Assembly (NCBI GenBank): GCA_963718235.1
Contig: CAVQYR010000001.1
Span: forward strand, 256,001-320,000
Source of the DNA: an uncultured Actinomycetota bacterium
GTDB taxonomy: Bacteria; Actinomycetota; Actinomycetes; JAHEKZ01
Reading direction: 5' to 3'
DNA length: 64,000 nucleotides
Position numbers and translations under genes: made by a program. Positions 51,537-62,189 of the stretch are shown here, piece by piece. Each line of letters starts with the position of its first letter. Within the stretch, counting starts at the first letter, position 1. The notes beneath the pieces were generated by a model. That model did no database searches. It saw only the letters and a program-made list of their open reading frames with translations, and was not told the DNA's origin.

Positions 51537-52340
51537 TCAGTCGCCCTGGCTGCCTCGGGCGAGTCGCTGGAGCTGCCCGGCGTGCACATCGCCCACCCAC
51601 TCCCAGCCCGGCTGTGCCGACTCACCGACCCGCGGGTCGGTGAAGACACGGGGGTCACTCAGGGCCTGCACATACGCCCGATCCTGGTCGATCCGTGCCT
51701 GCACCTGGTCAGCTCGGCCGACGGACCCATGGCCCGGGACGAGGACGTCGACGTCGCCCGCAACGCTCTCGAGCAGCCGAAGCGCCATCAGGTAGTCCTC
51801 GACCGGGTCAGCAGCTCCGTTCACGTCGAGCATCGGAACCAGGACGTCGGAGAGCATGTCGCCGGCGACGAGGACCCCACGTTCCTCGATCAACAGACCC
51901 GCGTGGCCCGGGGCATGCGCCTGATGCTCCATGATCCGGACGTGAGGGCCATCCCAAGGAACCCGAGCAGTCTCGGCGGGCAGGCTGATGACTTCGCCGA
52001 GCAGGTCCAGCGGCACCTGCTCGGGGATGCCGAGTCGACGTGAGTCGATCCCGCCCGACAACCGATCTCGGGCAGTAGCGGCACAGCGCGCCGTTCCGTA
52101 ACGAGGCGGCGCGCCGAGCCTGGCGTGCCAGAGCAGATGATCCCAGTGCGGATGCGTCGAGAAGCCCGCCACGACGGTCTGGCCCGAGTCGGACAGGTCG
52201 TTCGCGAGGCAGTCCAGCTCGTCGCCGTGCACCCCGGGGTCAATGAGCAACACGCCAGCCCGGCCTTGCACCACGACAGCGTTGCTCTGGCAGAACTCGC
52301 TCTCGTGGATCAGCACCCCCTCCGCAACCTGCTTCAGCAC
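51537..52340 (-). CDS. MBL-fold metallo-hydrolase
   Basis: LIDPG, THPHWDH, HAPGH, VAGDMLSD, VPGHG; GAGGAG RBS before GTG 52340. Confidence 0.88.
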   Translation of the reverse strand: MLKQVAEGVLIHESEFCQSNAVVVQGRAGVLLIDPGVHGDELDCLANDLSDSGQTVVAGFSTHPHWDHLLWHARLGAPPRYGTARCAATARDRLSGGIDSRRLGIPEQVPLDLLGEVISLPAETARVPWDGPHVRIMEHQAHAPGHAGLLIEERGVLVAGDMLSDVLVPMLDVNGAADPVEDYLMALRLLESVAGDVDVLVPGHGSVGRADQVQARIDQDRAYVQALSDPRVFTDPRVGESAQPGWEWVGDVHAGQLQRLARGSQGD

Positions 52341-52503
52341 GGGTGGCTCCTCTCGGCGGTGTCCGGACGAGTTTCGCCGGAACCGTAGCGGCATCGGTTG
52401 ATGGACTCCGCAGATGCCCGATGCCTGACACCCCTCTCGGAGCCCCCGCCTCGACAAGTCCCGGCTGGCCAGAGAAACCCTCTGCACTGCTAGCGTCGAC
52501 GGC

Positions 52504-52620
52504 GTGGGGAGCCTGTTGGTGTATGTCGCGATCACGGCGCTTTGGGTAGCGATCGCGATCGGGGTAGTGGCCGCTACTCGCTGGGGCGTTCAATCGATCC
52601 GCGCACGTGGTCGGACCTGA
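52504..52620 (+). CDS. Putative 38-aa single-TM leaderless microprotein
   Basis: MGSLLVYVAITALWVAIAIGVVAATRWGVQSIRARGRT; TAGCGT -10-like hexamer 7 nt before GTG. Confidence 0.5.
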   Translation: MGSLLVYVAITALWVAIAIGVVAATRWGVQSIRARGRT

Positions 52621-52963
52621 GTCGCCCGCGCATTGGTCAAGACTTCGTCAAGACGGCCCGGTCGGGGTTGCACGAGGGAAAACCGACGGCAACGCTGAAC
52701 CAGGTCCGGGCGCCACTGCATCCCCCGTCGGTGGCGCCCGGACCTCTGCTCTGTCGGCACCCCCGATCGAGCAGCGAGCCACTTGGCAGCGGCGACCCTC
52801 CCGACCAGCCAGTGACGCAGTCGCACCAGACTTCTGCTTGCCGGCCCGGGGTCACCGGACCTCAGCACGGCGGGCCTGCCGTGAAGTCGACGATGGTCGG
52901 GCCCGGCGCCGCGGGGTCGGTCGATACCCTGGGCCGACCTCTCCTCCCGATGATGGACCTGCC

Positions 52964-53470
52964 GTGACCTTGTCGCTCGACCTCGACCCCTCCCTCACCG
53001 CTCTGCTCGCGATCATCGGGGCGGCCGCCGGCGTGATCGCCCTGCTGCTTGCCGTCGTCGCTCTGGCGAAGATCCGAAGGCTGCGCCGGTCGTACTCGGT
53101 GCTGCAGGGCAACGGCAACGCTGAGTCGTTCGTCCAGGTCGTGGAGCGCAAGACGGCCGAGGTGGAGCAGCTGCAGCTCCAGGTCGAGGACCACGCGCGC
53201 CACGTCGAGGCGCTGCGGGTAGACCTCCATGACGCGATTCGCCATGTTGCGGTCGTGCGCTACGACGCGTTCAACGACATGGGCGGGCGGATGTCCTTCA
53301 CCGCGGCCATGCTCGACGACGGCGGTGACGGCCTGGTCATCACCTCCATCAACGGACGTACCGAGACGCGCACCTACGCCAAGGGGATCAAGGCAGGAAC
53401 GAGTGAGGCCTCACTGTCCCCTGAGGAGGAGCAGGCCGTCAGCTACGCGCGACGCGCCCCGGCCTCCTAG
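52964..53470 (+). CDS. DUF4446 family protein
   Basis: N-terminal TM, coiled coil, [30 protein letters not shown]. Confidence 0.85.
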   Translation: MTLSLDLDPSLTALLAIIGAAAGVIALLLAVVALAKIRRLRRSYSVLQGNGNAESFVQVVERKTAEVEQLQLQVEDHARHVEALRVDLHDAIRHVAVVRYDAFNDMGGRMSFTAAMLDDGGDGLVITSINGRTETRTYAKGIKAGTSEASLSPEEEQAVSYARRAPAS

Positions 53471-53496
53471 CGGACCGGGTCGAGACAGGAGCACCG

Positions 53497-54507
53497 ATGC
53501 AGGACGACGACACCCGACCTGGGCCGCAGACCGCCGGCCTGGGGGAGCCCCGCAACGTGCACGGAGACGTCACCGCGCAGGTCGACGCACTTCGGGTGCC
53601 CCGGTTCGCCGGGTTCAGCACGTTCGCCCGGCTGCCCCGGCTGGAAGACGTCGACCGCTTCGACATCGCTGTGGTCGGGGTGCCGTTCGACTCGGGGGTC
53701 TCCTACCGTCCCGGAGCCCGTTTCGGTCCAGGGGCGATCCGCCAGGGCTCTCGGCTGCTCCGGGCCTACAACCCGGCCCTCGGTGTCGCACCCTTCCGCG
53801 ACCTGCAGGTGGTCGACGCCGGTGACGTGGCGGTCAACCCGTTCGACATCGAGCAGGCCCTCGCCCAGACCCAGGAGGGCCTGGCCGAGCTCTCGTCGGG
53901 GGGCCGACCCGTCGTCACTCTCGGGGGTGACCACACCATCGCGCTGCCTGCCCTGCGGGCCATGCACGCGCAGTACGGGCCGATCGCGCTGGTCCACTTC
54001 GACGCCCATCTCGACACCTGGGACACCTACTTCGGCGCGCCCTACACGCACGGAACGCCGTTCCGCCGGGCCTGGGAGGAGGGCCTCCTCGACCCGGACC
54101 ACACCATGCATGTCGGGATCCGGGGGCCGTTGTACTCCGAGGACGACCTCACCGACGACGCCGGCATGGGCTTCTCGATCGTGCATGCCCGCGAGCTGGA
54201 GGAGCTGAGCGTTCGTGAGGTGGTCCAGCGGATCCGGGCCCGGGTGGCCGACGCGCCGGTGTACCTGTCGGTCGACATCGACGTGCTGGACCCGGCCCAC
54301 GCGCCCGGTACCGGAACCCCGGAGGCTGGTGGGCTGACCAGTCGTGAGCTGCTCGGGATCATCCGTGGCTTCGACGGTGCACACGTGGTCGGCGCCGACG
54401 TCGTCGAGGTGTCACCCGCGTACGACCATGCCGAGATCACCTCGATCGCGGCGGCCAACGTCGCCTACGAGTACGTCTCGCTTTTCGCCAAGAACGCCCG
54501 CAGCTAG
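53497..54507 (+). CDS. speB: Agmatinase (ureohydrolase family)
   Basis: [44 protein letters not shown]; guanidinobutyrase not excluded. Confidence 0.85.
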   Translation: MQDDDTRPGPQTAGLGEPRNVHGDVTAQVDALRVPRFAGFSTFARLPRLEDVDRFDIAVVGVPFDSGVSYRPGARFGPGAIRQGSRLLRAYNPALGVAPFRDLQVVDAGDVAVNPFDIEQALAQTQEGLAELSSGGRPVVTLGGDHTIALPALRAMHAQYGPIALVHFDAHLDTWDTYFGAPYTHGTPFRRAWEEGLLDPDHTMHVGIRGPLYSEDDLTDDAGMGFSIVHARELEELSVREVVQRIRARVADAPVYLSVDIDVLDPAHAPGTGTPEAGGLTSRELLGIIRGFDGAHVVGADVVEVSPAYDHAEITSIAAANVAYEYVSLFAKNARS

Positions 54508-54541
54508 CCGGACTCAGGGGCCCGGTCGGTAGGCTCCGCAC

Positions 54542-55492
54542 GTGTCCGAGCCGCCCCTGCCCACCTACGCCTACCTGGGCCCCGCGGGCACGTTCACCGA
54601 GGCGGCGCTGCTGGGCTGGCTCGACGGGCGAACCGCCGACCTGGTGCCCTGCACTACGGTCGACGTCGCCCTCCACTCCGTGCGCACTGGGGACGTCGAC
54701 GGCGCGATGGTCCCGCTGGAGAACTCGGTGGAGGGCTCGGTCAGCGCCACGCTCGACGCCCTGGCCAGCGGTGGCCCACTCGTGATCACCGCCGAGGCGC
54801 AGGTCCCGGTGTCGTTCGCGCTCATGGCGGCACCCGGCACGCTGCTGGACGACGTGCGGGCGGTGACCACGCATCCGCATGCCGAGGCGCAGTGCCGCAG
54901 CTGGCTCACCGAGCACCTGCCCGAGGCCCGGCTGCTCCCCGCCGCGTCGACGGCGGCGGCTGCGGCCTCCGTGGGCGACCCGGCCCGAGGGACCGAGGTC
55001 GGCCTGGCGGCGATCGCGGCTCCGCTGGCCGCGGAGGTCTACGGCCTGGACGTGCTGGCGGCCGGTGTCGGCGACAACCCTTCGGCGGAGACCCGGTTCG
55101 TGCTCGTGCGCCGGCCATGCGCACCGGAGCCGGCCACCGGCTCGGACAAGACCTCCCTCGTGCTGTTCATCGGTGAGGACCACCCGGGGGCCCTGCTGGA
55201 GATCCTGACCGAGTTCGCGGTACGCGGGGTGAACCTCACCCGGATCGAGTCCCGTCCCACCGGCGGTGGCATCGGCGACTACTTCTTCTCCGTCGACATC
55301 GAGGGCCACGTCGACGACGCCCGGGTGGGGGAGGCGATGACCGGGCTGCGGCGGGTGTGCGCGGAGGTGCGCTACCTGGGCTCCTACCCGCGCAGCGACC
55401 GCGCCCGACCCCACCTCAGGCGCGGGGTCACCGACGAGGAGTTCCGCGAGGCGCAGGCCTGGCTGGCCCGGGTCCGCGAGGGGCGGGGCTGA
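54542..55492 (+). CDS. pheA: Prephenate dehydratase
   Basis: YLGPAGTF, PLENSVEG, TRF, ACT domain PGAL...NLTRIESRP, YLGSYP. Confidence 0.96.
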   Translation: MSEPPLPTYAYLGPAGTFTEAALLGWLDGRTADLVPCTTVDVALHSVRTGDVDGAMVPLENSVEGSVSATLDALASGGPLVITAEAQVPVSFALMAAPGTLLDDVRAVTTHPHAEAQCRSWLTEHLPEARLLPAASTAAAAASVGDPARGTEVGLAAIAAPLAAEVYGLDVLAAGVGDNPSAETRFVLVRRPCAPEPATGSDKTSLVLFIGEDHPGALLEILTEFAVRGVNLTRIESRPTGGGIGDYFFSVDIEGHVDDARVGEAMTGLRRVCAEVRYLGSYPRSDRARPHLRRGVTDEEFREAQAWLARVREGRG

Positions 55493-55618
55493 ACCACGGG
55501 GCTGGACCACGGGGCTGGACCACGGGGCTGGACCACGGGGCTGGACCACGGGGCTGAACCACGGGGCTGGACCACGGGGCTGGACCACGGGGCTGGACCA
55601 CGGGGCTGGACCACGGGG
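55485..55618 (+). repeat. 13-bp minisatellite GGGGCTG(G/A)ACCAC x10
   Basis: Ten units counted 55485-55614; units 1 and 6 carry the A variant. Confidence 0.97.
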
Positions 55619-55664
55619 TGGGCCGGGGCCTACAGATCCCCTCCGATCGGGCCGATCACGTGTC

Positions 55665-57671
55665 GTGCGACGTTTCTCCCTGATGACAACGTTCGCTGTT
55701 GTCAGCCTGTCGACAACGGCTGTCCTCGCGATCGCCCTCACCTGGCTGTTCGCCACCACGCTGCAGAGACAGGCCCGCGAGGACGGTATCTCGATGGCCG
55801 AGACGTTCGTCACCGTCGGCGTCCAGGAGAAGATCACCAACACCACGGCGGCCTCCTTCTGGACCGATCCCCTGGACGCCCAACGGATGGCGAACTCGGG
55901 CTCCCTCGACGGCCTCGCTCGAGGGGCCAACCAGCAGTCCCTGGACTCGTTGAACCTGTACACCCGCGATGGTGCCCTGCTGTGGACCAGCACCGGCGAC
56001 ACCGTGCACGGGCCTTCGGCGCGCCTGGGGTCCTTCATGACCGCGGTGAAGACGGTGCGCCCGGTGTCGGAGCTGCGGGACGGCGAGAGCGGACCGGTCC
56101 TGTCGGTCTACGTGCCGGTGACCTACGGGGACTCCTACGCGGGCGTCTACGGGGTCGCCGAGGTGAACCTCCCCTGGGGTGACACCCAGGCCCTCGTGCG
56201 CAACTCCACGATCACCGTGGCCGCGCTCACCCTGACCGTGCTCCTGCTGGCGTGGCTCCTGCTCTACCGCACCGTGCACCGGGCCAGCACGAGGCTGCGG
56301 CAGCAGGCGCTGGACAACGAGCGCCTCGCTCTGCACGACCCGCTGACCGGGCTCCCGAACCGGCGACTTCTGGCCGACCGGCTGGAGCGAGCGATCGTGT
56401 CGAGCACTCGCGGCACCGAGCACGTGGCTTTGATGATCTTGGACGTCGACCGGTTCAAAGAGGTCAACGACACTCTCGGCCACGACCGTGGAGACGCACT
56501 GCTCGTCGAGGTCTCCGAGCGGGTCGCCACCGTCCTGCGCGACGCCGACACGGTGGCCCGGCTGGGCGGTGACGAGTTCGCCGTCCTCGCCCCTCGGGTC
56601 GCGTCGGTGGAGGACGCGGAGCGGCTGGCCCGCCGGGTGCGCTCGGTCTTCGACAAGCCGTTCTTGCTGGGAGACCTGGTGCTGCACGTCGAGTCGAGCG
56701 TGGGCGTCGCCGTCCTGCCCGACCACGCCGACGACGGCATCGAGCTCATGCAGCGTGCGGACATCGCGATGTACGCCGCCAAGCAGGGCCACCTCGGGGT
56801 GGTCGTGTACAACCCGGTCGACGACGGCAGCAGCACCGAACGGCTCCTCCTGCTGGGAGACCTGCGCAGCGCACTCGGCACCGGACAGCTCACCGTCCAC
56901 TACCAGCCCAAGGTGAACCTGGGGTCCGGTCAGGTGGTCGGCACCGAGGCGCTGCTGCGCTGGCAGCACCCGACCCGCGGGAACATCCCGCCCAACGACT
57001 TCATCCCGCTGGCCGAGCGGACCGGCCTCATCCACGGGCTCACCCGCTACGTGCTCGAGCTGGTCGTCGTCCAGATGGGTGAGTGGGACAACGAGCGCAC
57101 CGACTTCGCGCACCTGCCCGTCGCGGTCAACCTGTCGGCGCGCAACCTGGTGGAGCCGTCGTTCGCAGACTTCGTCGAGGACCTGCTGGCCAGTCACGAC
57201 ATCGCGCCTGAGCGCCTCGAGCTCGAGGTCACCGAGAGCGCGCTGATCGAGGACCCGGTCCGCAGTCACGCCATGCTGAACCGCCTGGCCTCGATGGGCG
57301 TGACCATCGCGGTCGACGACTTCGGCACCGGCTACACGTCGATGGCCCAGCTCGAGCAGATGCCGTTGAAGACGCTGAAGATCGACCGCTCCTTCGTGGT
57401 CCGGATGATCGAGGACCCCAACGGCGCCACCCTGGTCCGGGCGATCGTCGAGCTCGCGCACGAGTTCGGGCTCGAGGTCGTGGCCGAGGGGGTCGAGGAC
57501 GAAGAGGTGACTGCCCGGCTGCGGGAGATGGGCTGCGACGTCGGACAGGGGTTCCTCTGGTCTCGACCGGTCCCGTCGTCTGAGCTCGCGACGGTCATGC
57601 TGGCCCTGTCGTTTCGCCGCGCGGCCTCGGAGGTCGTCGACCCGGCCGCAGTCGGCTCGACCCACGCCTAG
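55665..57671 (+). CDS. Membrane-anchored GGDEF-EAL diguanylate cyclase/phosphodiesterase
   Basis: Two TMs, HDPLTGLPNR, RxxD I-site plus GGDEF, EAL, DDFGTGY, VAEGVE, QGF. Confidence 0.95.
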   Translation: MRRFSLMTTFAVVSLSTTAVLAIALTWLFATTLQRQAREDGISMAETFVTVGVQEKITNTTAASFWTDPLDAQRMANSGSLDGLARGANQQSLDSLNLYTRDGALLWTSTGDTVHGPSARLGSFMTAVKTVRPVSELRDGESGPVLSVYVPVTYGDSYAGVYGVAEVNLPWGDTQALVRNSTITVAALTLTVLLLAWLLLYRTVHRASTRLRQQALDNERLALHDPLTGLPNRRLLADRLERAIVSSTRGTEHVALMILDVDRFKEVNDTLGHDRGDALLVEVSERVATVLRDADTVARLGGDEFAVLAPRVASVEDAERLARRVRSVFDKPFLLGDLVLHVESSVGVAVLPDHADDGIELMQRADIAMYAAKQGHLGVVVYNPVDDGSSTERLLLLGDLRSALGTGQLTVHYQPKVNLGSGQVVGTEALLRWQHPTRGNIPPNDFIPLAERTGLIHGLTRYVLELVVVQMGEWDNERTDFAHLPVAVNLSARNLVEPSFADFVEDLLASHDIAPERLELEVTESALIEDPVRSHAMLNRLASMGVTIAVDDFGTGYTSMAQLEQMPLKTLKIDRSFVVRMIEDPNGATLVRAIVELAHEFGLEVVAEGVEDEEVTARLREMGCDVGQGFLWSRPVPSSELATVMLALSFRRAASEVVDPAAVGSTHA

Positions 57672-57693
57672 CTGGTCTCGCTAGGCTTCGAGG

Positions 57694-58959
57694 GTGCTGG
57701 ACCTACGTGCCCTTCGTGAAGACCCCGACGCCGTGCGGGCGTCGCAGGCGGCCCGGGGCGAGGATCCCTCCCTGGTCGACGTCGTCCTGGCAGCCGACGA
57801 GCGTCGTCGAGCGGCGGTGTCCCGGTTCGACGGCCTGAGGGCCGAGCAGAAGTCCCTGGGCAAACAGGTGGCCACGGCGACAGGAGCCGACAAGGAGGCG
57901 CTGCTCGCCCGGGCCAAGCAGCTCAGCGCCGACGTCAAGGCCGCCGAGGTCGACCAGAGTGGCGCCGAGGCCGAGCTCCGCGCTGCGTCGCTGGAGCTGT
58001 CGAACCTCGTCGAGCCCGGGGTGCCCGTCGGCTCGGAGGACGACTTCGCTGTGCTCGAGCGGGTGGGAGAGCCGCGCGACTTCGCCGCGGAGGGGTTCGA
58101 GCCGCTCGACCACGTCGAGCTGGGCGAGCGGCTCCACGCGATCGACATCGCCCGCGGGGCCAAGGTGTCCGGAGCCCGCTTCTACTACCTCACCGGCCCC
58201 GGTGCCCTGCTGGAGCTGGCGCTGGTCAACCTCGCCGTGCAGCAGGCGGTGTCCCACGGTTTCACGCCCATGGTCACACCGGTCCTGGTCAAGCCCGCTG
58301 CGATGGAGGGGACGGGGTTCCTCGGCCAGGCGGCGGAGAACGTGTTCGCCCTTCCCGAAGACGACTTCTACCTGGTCGGGACCTCCGAGGTGCCCTTGGC
58401 GGCCTACCACCTCGACGAGATCCTCGACGGTGCCACCCTGCCGTTGCGCTACGCCGGGCTTTCCACCTGCTTTCGCCGGGAGGCCGGCTCCTACGGCAAG
58501 GACACCCGCGGCATCATCCGGGTGCACCAGTTCGACAAGGTCGAGATGTTCACCTTCTGTGCCCCCGAGGACGCCGCGGCCGAGCACCGGCGCCTGCTGG
58601 GCTGGGAGCGGGAGTTCCTCGACTCCCTCGGCCTTCCCTACCGGATCATCGACGTGGCCTCCGGCGACCTGGGCTCGAGCGCGGCCCGCAAGTTCGACTG
58701 TGAGGCGTGGATCCCCACCCAGGGCAGGTACCGCGAGGTCACCTCGACGTCGAACTGCACCACCTTCCAGTCCCGTCGGCTCAACGTGCGTGCGCGCACC
58801 GGCGACACCATCGGCCCGGTGGCCACGCTCAACGGCACGCTGGTGGCCATCCCGCGGGTGATCGTGGCGATCCTGGAGAACTTCCAGCAGGCCGACGGGT
58901 CGGTGGTCGTCCCGCAGCCCCTGCGGGCCACGGTCGGCACCGACGTCCTGCGCCCCTGA
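57694..58959 (+). CDS. serS: Seryl-tRNA synthetase
   Basis: [42 protein letters not shown]. Confidence 0.97.
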   Translation: MLDLRALREDPDAVRASQAARGEDPSLVDVVLAADERRRAAVSRFDGLRAEQKSLGKQVATATGADKEALLARAKQLSADVKAAEVDQSGAEAELRAASLELSNLVEPGVPVGSEDDFAVLERVGEPRDFAAEGFEPLDHVELGERLHAIDIARGAKVSGARFYYLTGPGALLELALVNLAVQQAVSHGFTPMVTPVLVKPAAMEGTGFLGQAAENVFALPEDDFYLVGTSEVPLAAYHLDEILDGATLPLRYAGLSTCFRREAGSYGKDTRGIIRVHQFDKVEMFTFCAPEDAAAEHRRLLGWEREFLDSLGLPYRIIDVASGDLGSSAARKFDCEAWIPTQGRYREVTSTSNCTTFQSRRLNVRARTGDTIGPVATLNGTLVAIPRVIVAILENFQQADGSVVVPQPLRATVGTDVLRP

Positions 58960-59005
58960 CCGCCGACGATCAGATCGGCAGTGGATGGGTCCGAGGGGGT
59001 CCCGG

Positions 59006-60361
59006 TCAGACCGCGGGGATCGTCTCCAGGGCAGCGGCGAACCGGGCCTCACTGACCTCCTCGTCGACCATGCGTGAGGTCAGGTAGGCGTCGTAGGCAG
59101 CCATGTCGAAGTGGCCGTGGCCGCACAGCGCCGTGAGGATCACCTTCTCCTCACCGGACTCCTTGCACCGCAGCGCCTCGCGCACGGTCTCGGCCAGCGC
59201 GTGGGTGGGCTCGGGGGCCGGCACGATCCCTTCGGTGCGGGCGAACTGAACGCCCGCCTCGAAGCACTCAGTCTGCGGAATGGCCACCGCATCCATCAGA
59301 CCGAGCTCGTAGACGTGTGAGATCAGCGGTGCCATGCCGTGGTAGCGCAGTCCGCCGGCGTGGATCGGGTCGGGGACGAAGTCGTGGCCCAGCGTGTGCA
59401 TCTTCATGAGCGGGGTCATGCCGGCGGTGTCACCGAAGTCGTAGGCGTAGCGACCGTGGGTCAGCGAAGGGCACGATGTGGGCTCGACCGCCCGGATCTG
59501 CGGGTCCATCGCCCCGGCCAGCTTCTCGCGCAGGAACGGGAAGGCCAGGCCGGCGAAGTTCGACCCGCCGCCGGTGCACCCGACGATGAAGTCGGGCACC
59601 TCATCGACCTTGGCGAGCTGCTTGAGGGCCTCTTCTCCGATGATCGTCTGGTGCAGCAGCACGTGGTTGAGCACGCTGCCGAGGGCGTACTTCGTCTCCG
59701 GGTCGCCGGCCGCGACCTCCACGGCCTCGCTGATCGCGATGCCGAGCGAACCCGGGTGGTGTGGGTCTTCGGCGAGGAAGCGCCGTCCGGCCTCGGTCAG
59801 GTTCGAGGGCGAGCGGTGCACGGTGCCCCCGAAGGTCTCGATGATCGTGCGCCGGAACGGCTTCTGGTCGTACGACGCCCCGACCTGCCAGACCTCGCAC
59901 TCCATGCCGAACATCGAGCACGCCAGCGCCAGCGCGGTACCCCACTGGCCGGCTCCGGTCTCGGTGGTCAGCTTCCGGACGCCTGCCTTGGCGTTGTAGA
60001 AGGCCTGGGGGACGGCGGTGTTCGGCTTGTGCGAGCCGGCGGGGGAGACGCCCTCGTACTTGTAGTAGATCCGAGCGGGCGTGCCCAGGGCCGCCTCGAG
60101 CCGGTGGGCCCGGTACAGGGGTGACGGCCGCCACAGCCGGTAGATGTCCTGCACCTCGTCGGGGATGTCGATGTACCGGTCGGACGAGACCTCTTGCAGG
60201 ATCAGGTCCATCGGGAACAACGGCGCGAGGTCGTCGGGGCCGACCGGCTGCAGGGTGCCGGGATGCAACGGCGGTGGCGGGGGGCTCGGCAGGTCGGGGA
60301 TCACGTTGTACCACTGCGTGGGCATCTCGGACTCGTCGAGGAGGATCTTGTGCTGCCGCAT
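59006..60361 (-). CDS. TrpB2-like PLP-dependent enzyme (stand-alone tryptophan synthase beta)
   Basis: [47 protein letters not shown]. Confidence 0.92.
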   Translation of the reverse strand: MRQHKILLDESEMPTQWYNVIPDLPSPPPPPLHPGTLQPVGPDDLAPLFPMDLILQEVSSDRYIDIPDEVQDIYRLWRPSPLYRAHRLEAALGTPARIYYKYEGVSPAGSHKPNTAVPQAFYNAKAGVRKLTTETGAGQWGTALALACSMFGMECEVWQVGASYDQKPFRRTIIETFGGTVHRSPSNLTEAGRRFLAEDPHHPGSLGIAISEAVEVAAGDPETKYALGSVLNHVLLHQTIIGEEALKQLAKVDEVPDFIVGCTGGGSNFAGLAFPFLREKLAGAMDPQIRAVEPTSCPSLTHGRYAYDFGDTAGMTPLMKMHTLGHDFVPDPIHAGGLRYHGMAPLISHVYELGLMDAVAIPQTECFEAGVQFARTEGIVPAPEPTHALAETVREALRCKESGEEKVILTALCGHGHFDMAAYDAYLTSRMVDEEVSEARFAAALETIPAV

Positions 60362-60460
60362 CGAGGGCGCTCCCGGAGATCATGGGCGTCATGAGGCCTG
60401 GACCGGCCCCAGGTGCCATCTTGCCCGTGTTCGGTGGCGTTGGGGAGGGAGGATGGTCCG

Positions 60461-61249
60461 GTGATCCGACTGGTGGCCACCGACCTCGACGGCACCGTGG
60501 TGGGTCATGACGGGACGATCAGTGCCCGGACCCGGGCCGCGCTGACCGCGGTTCAGGATGCCGGGCTGCGCCTGGTGTTCGTCACCGGTCGACCACCACG
60601 CTGGATGCAGCAGGTCGCCGACGCCACCGGCCACCGCGGGCTGGCCGTGTGCGCCAACGGGGCCTACGTCTACGACCTGCACGCCGAGACGGTGGTCGGG
60701 TCGTTCCCGCTGGCGGCCGACCGGGCGCTGGAGGTCGTCCACCGGCTGCGGACGGTGCTGCCCGACGCGGGGTTCGGCGTGGAACGGGCCGAGGGGTTCT
60801 CCCACGACCCGGGCTACCACCCGCGCTGGGACGCCGGATCCTGGCACGTCGCCCCCATCGAGCAGCTGCTGGACCGGCCGGTCGCCAAGCTGCTCGTGCG
60901 CGACGAGACGTCGTCGGGCGACGCGATGCTCGCACTGGCCCGACCCGTCCTCGACGGGCTCGCCGACGTCACGCACTCCAACGTCAACGACTGCCTGCTC
61001 GAGGTGTCCGCCCACGGGGTGAGCAAGGCGTCCACCCTGGAGTGGCTCGCTGCGTCGTGGGGGATCCAGCGGCACGAGGTGATCGCCTTCGGCGACATGC
61101 CCAACGACGTGGCCATGCTGCGGTGGGCAGGGGTCGGCTACGCCGTGGCTGACGCGCACCCGGAGGTGCTCGCTGCCGTCGACCACGTCACGGCAGGGGT
61201 CGACGCCGACGGCGTCGCGCTCGTGCTGGAGGCCCTGCTCGCCGGCTGA
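60461..61249 (+). CDS. Cof-type HAD-IIB hydrolase
   Basis: DLDGT, TGR, NGA, SKA and FGDMPND motifs. Confidence 0.92.
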   Translation: MIRLVATDLDGTVVGHDGTISARTRAALTAVQDAGLRLVFVTGRPPRWMQQVADATGHRGLAVCANGAYVYDLHAETVVGSFPLAADRALEVVHRLRTVLPDAGFGVERAEGFSHDPGYHPRWDAGSWHVAPIEQLLDRPVAKLLVRDETSSGDAMLALARPVLDGLADVTHSNVNDCLLEVSAHGVSKASTLEWLAASWGIQRHEVIAFGDMPNDVAMLRWAGVGYAVADAHPEVLAAVDHVTAGVDADGVALVLEALLAG

Positions 61250-61564
61250 GCCGGTCCCGGCCGGGATCCTCACTCGAATGTCAGGATCCGTCCTGGCAGG
61301 CTGGCCCGATGGATCTGAACGGGTTTTCCCCGCTCGCCCAGGCCCGGCCCACCGGGCCCAGGGGCTGGGGCGGCTTCGCCCGCTACCGCGCTGTGCGGAG
61401 GGGTCGTCACCGGGCACGACTGGCGGATGCCGGAGCTGCAGGAGCGCTACGCCGGCTGGTTCTCCGGGTACCTGCAGCGGCGGATCGCCGCACTCCCGGC
61501 CACCGGGTCAGTCCACTGACGGTGCCGGGCGGGCGTGCGGTGAGCGAGGGTCAGGCCCGCTCGC

Positions 61565-62134
61565 TCACAGGTACGGGCCGCTGGTGATGTGCGGACCCGT
61601 GCTCTCCGGTTCGCTGCCCCCGTGCCCGGCCCCCGGAGGCAGCGCGGCCTGCCGTCGCATCTCCTCGAACTGAGCCCGGGCCGCCACCTGCTGGGCGAAC
61701 AGCGCCGTCTGGATCCCGTGGAAGAGGCCCTCCAGCCATCCGACCAGCTGGGCCTGGGCGATCCTCAGCTCGGCCTCCGAGGGCGTGTGGTCCTCGTCGA
61801 ACGGCAGCGACAGGCGCTCCAGCTCGTCGACGAGCTCCGGGGCCAGCCCGCTCTCCAGCTCGCCGATCGAGCGGCGGTGGATCTCCTTCAGCCGTTCGCG
61901 GCCCGCCTCGTCCAGGGGTGCCTGGCGCACCTCCTCGAGCAGCTGCTTGATCATCGTGCCGATCCGCATCACCTTGGCCGGCTGCTCGACCAGGTCGGTG
62001 ATGGTCGGCTCGCCGTCACCCTCGGTGGGAGCCGACAGCTGCCCGACCGGCTGACCGTCGGGTCCGACCACGACGACGAGGCTGTGGGCGTCGCCGGACC
62101 CGGGGTTGCTCTGCTCTGAGTTCATGGCCGACAT
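61565..62134 (-). CDS. bpa: Bacterial proteasome activator Bpa/PafE
   Basis: QPAKVMRIGTMIKQLLEEVR, ELRIAQAQLVGWLEGLFHGIQ, C-terminal GPYL (HbYX-like). Confidence 0.93.
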   Translation of the reverse strand: MSAMNSEQSNPGSGDAHSLVVVVGPDGQPVGQLSAPTEGDGEPTITDLVEQPAKVMRIGTMIKQLLEEVRQAPLDEAGRERLKEIHRRSIGELESGLAPELVDELERLSLPFDEDHTPSEAELRIAQAQLVGWLEGLFHGIQTALFAQQVAARAQFEEMRRQAALPPGAGHGGSEPESTGPHITSGPYL

Positions 62135-62189
62135 CCTCTCCCGGAAACTCGTTGGACGGCAGCCGGGGGTGGCGGCACTGTGGCCTCTC

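Noticed and set aside
49364-52963. Second repeat-bounded island (sulfatase + MBL hydrolase)
   Set aside because: Looks accessory, but no convincing flanking direct repeat or mobility gene was found
55485-55618. Possible CRISPR array
   Set aside because: Units are 13 bp, contiguous and have no unique spacers; no cas genes in the window
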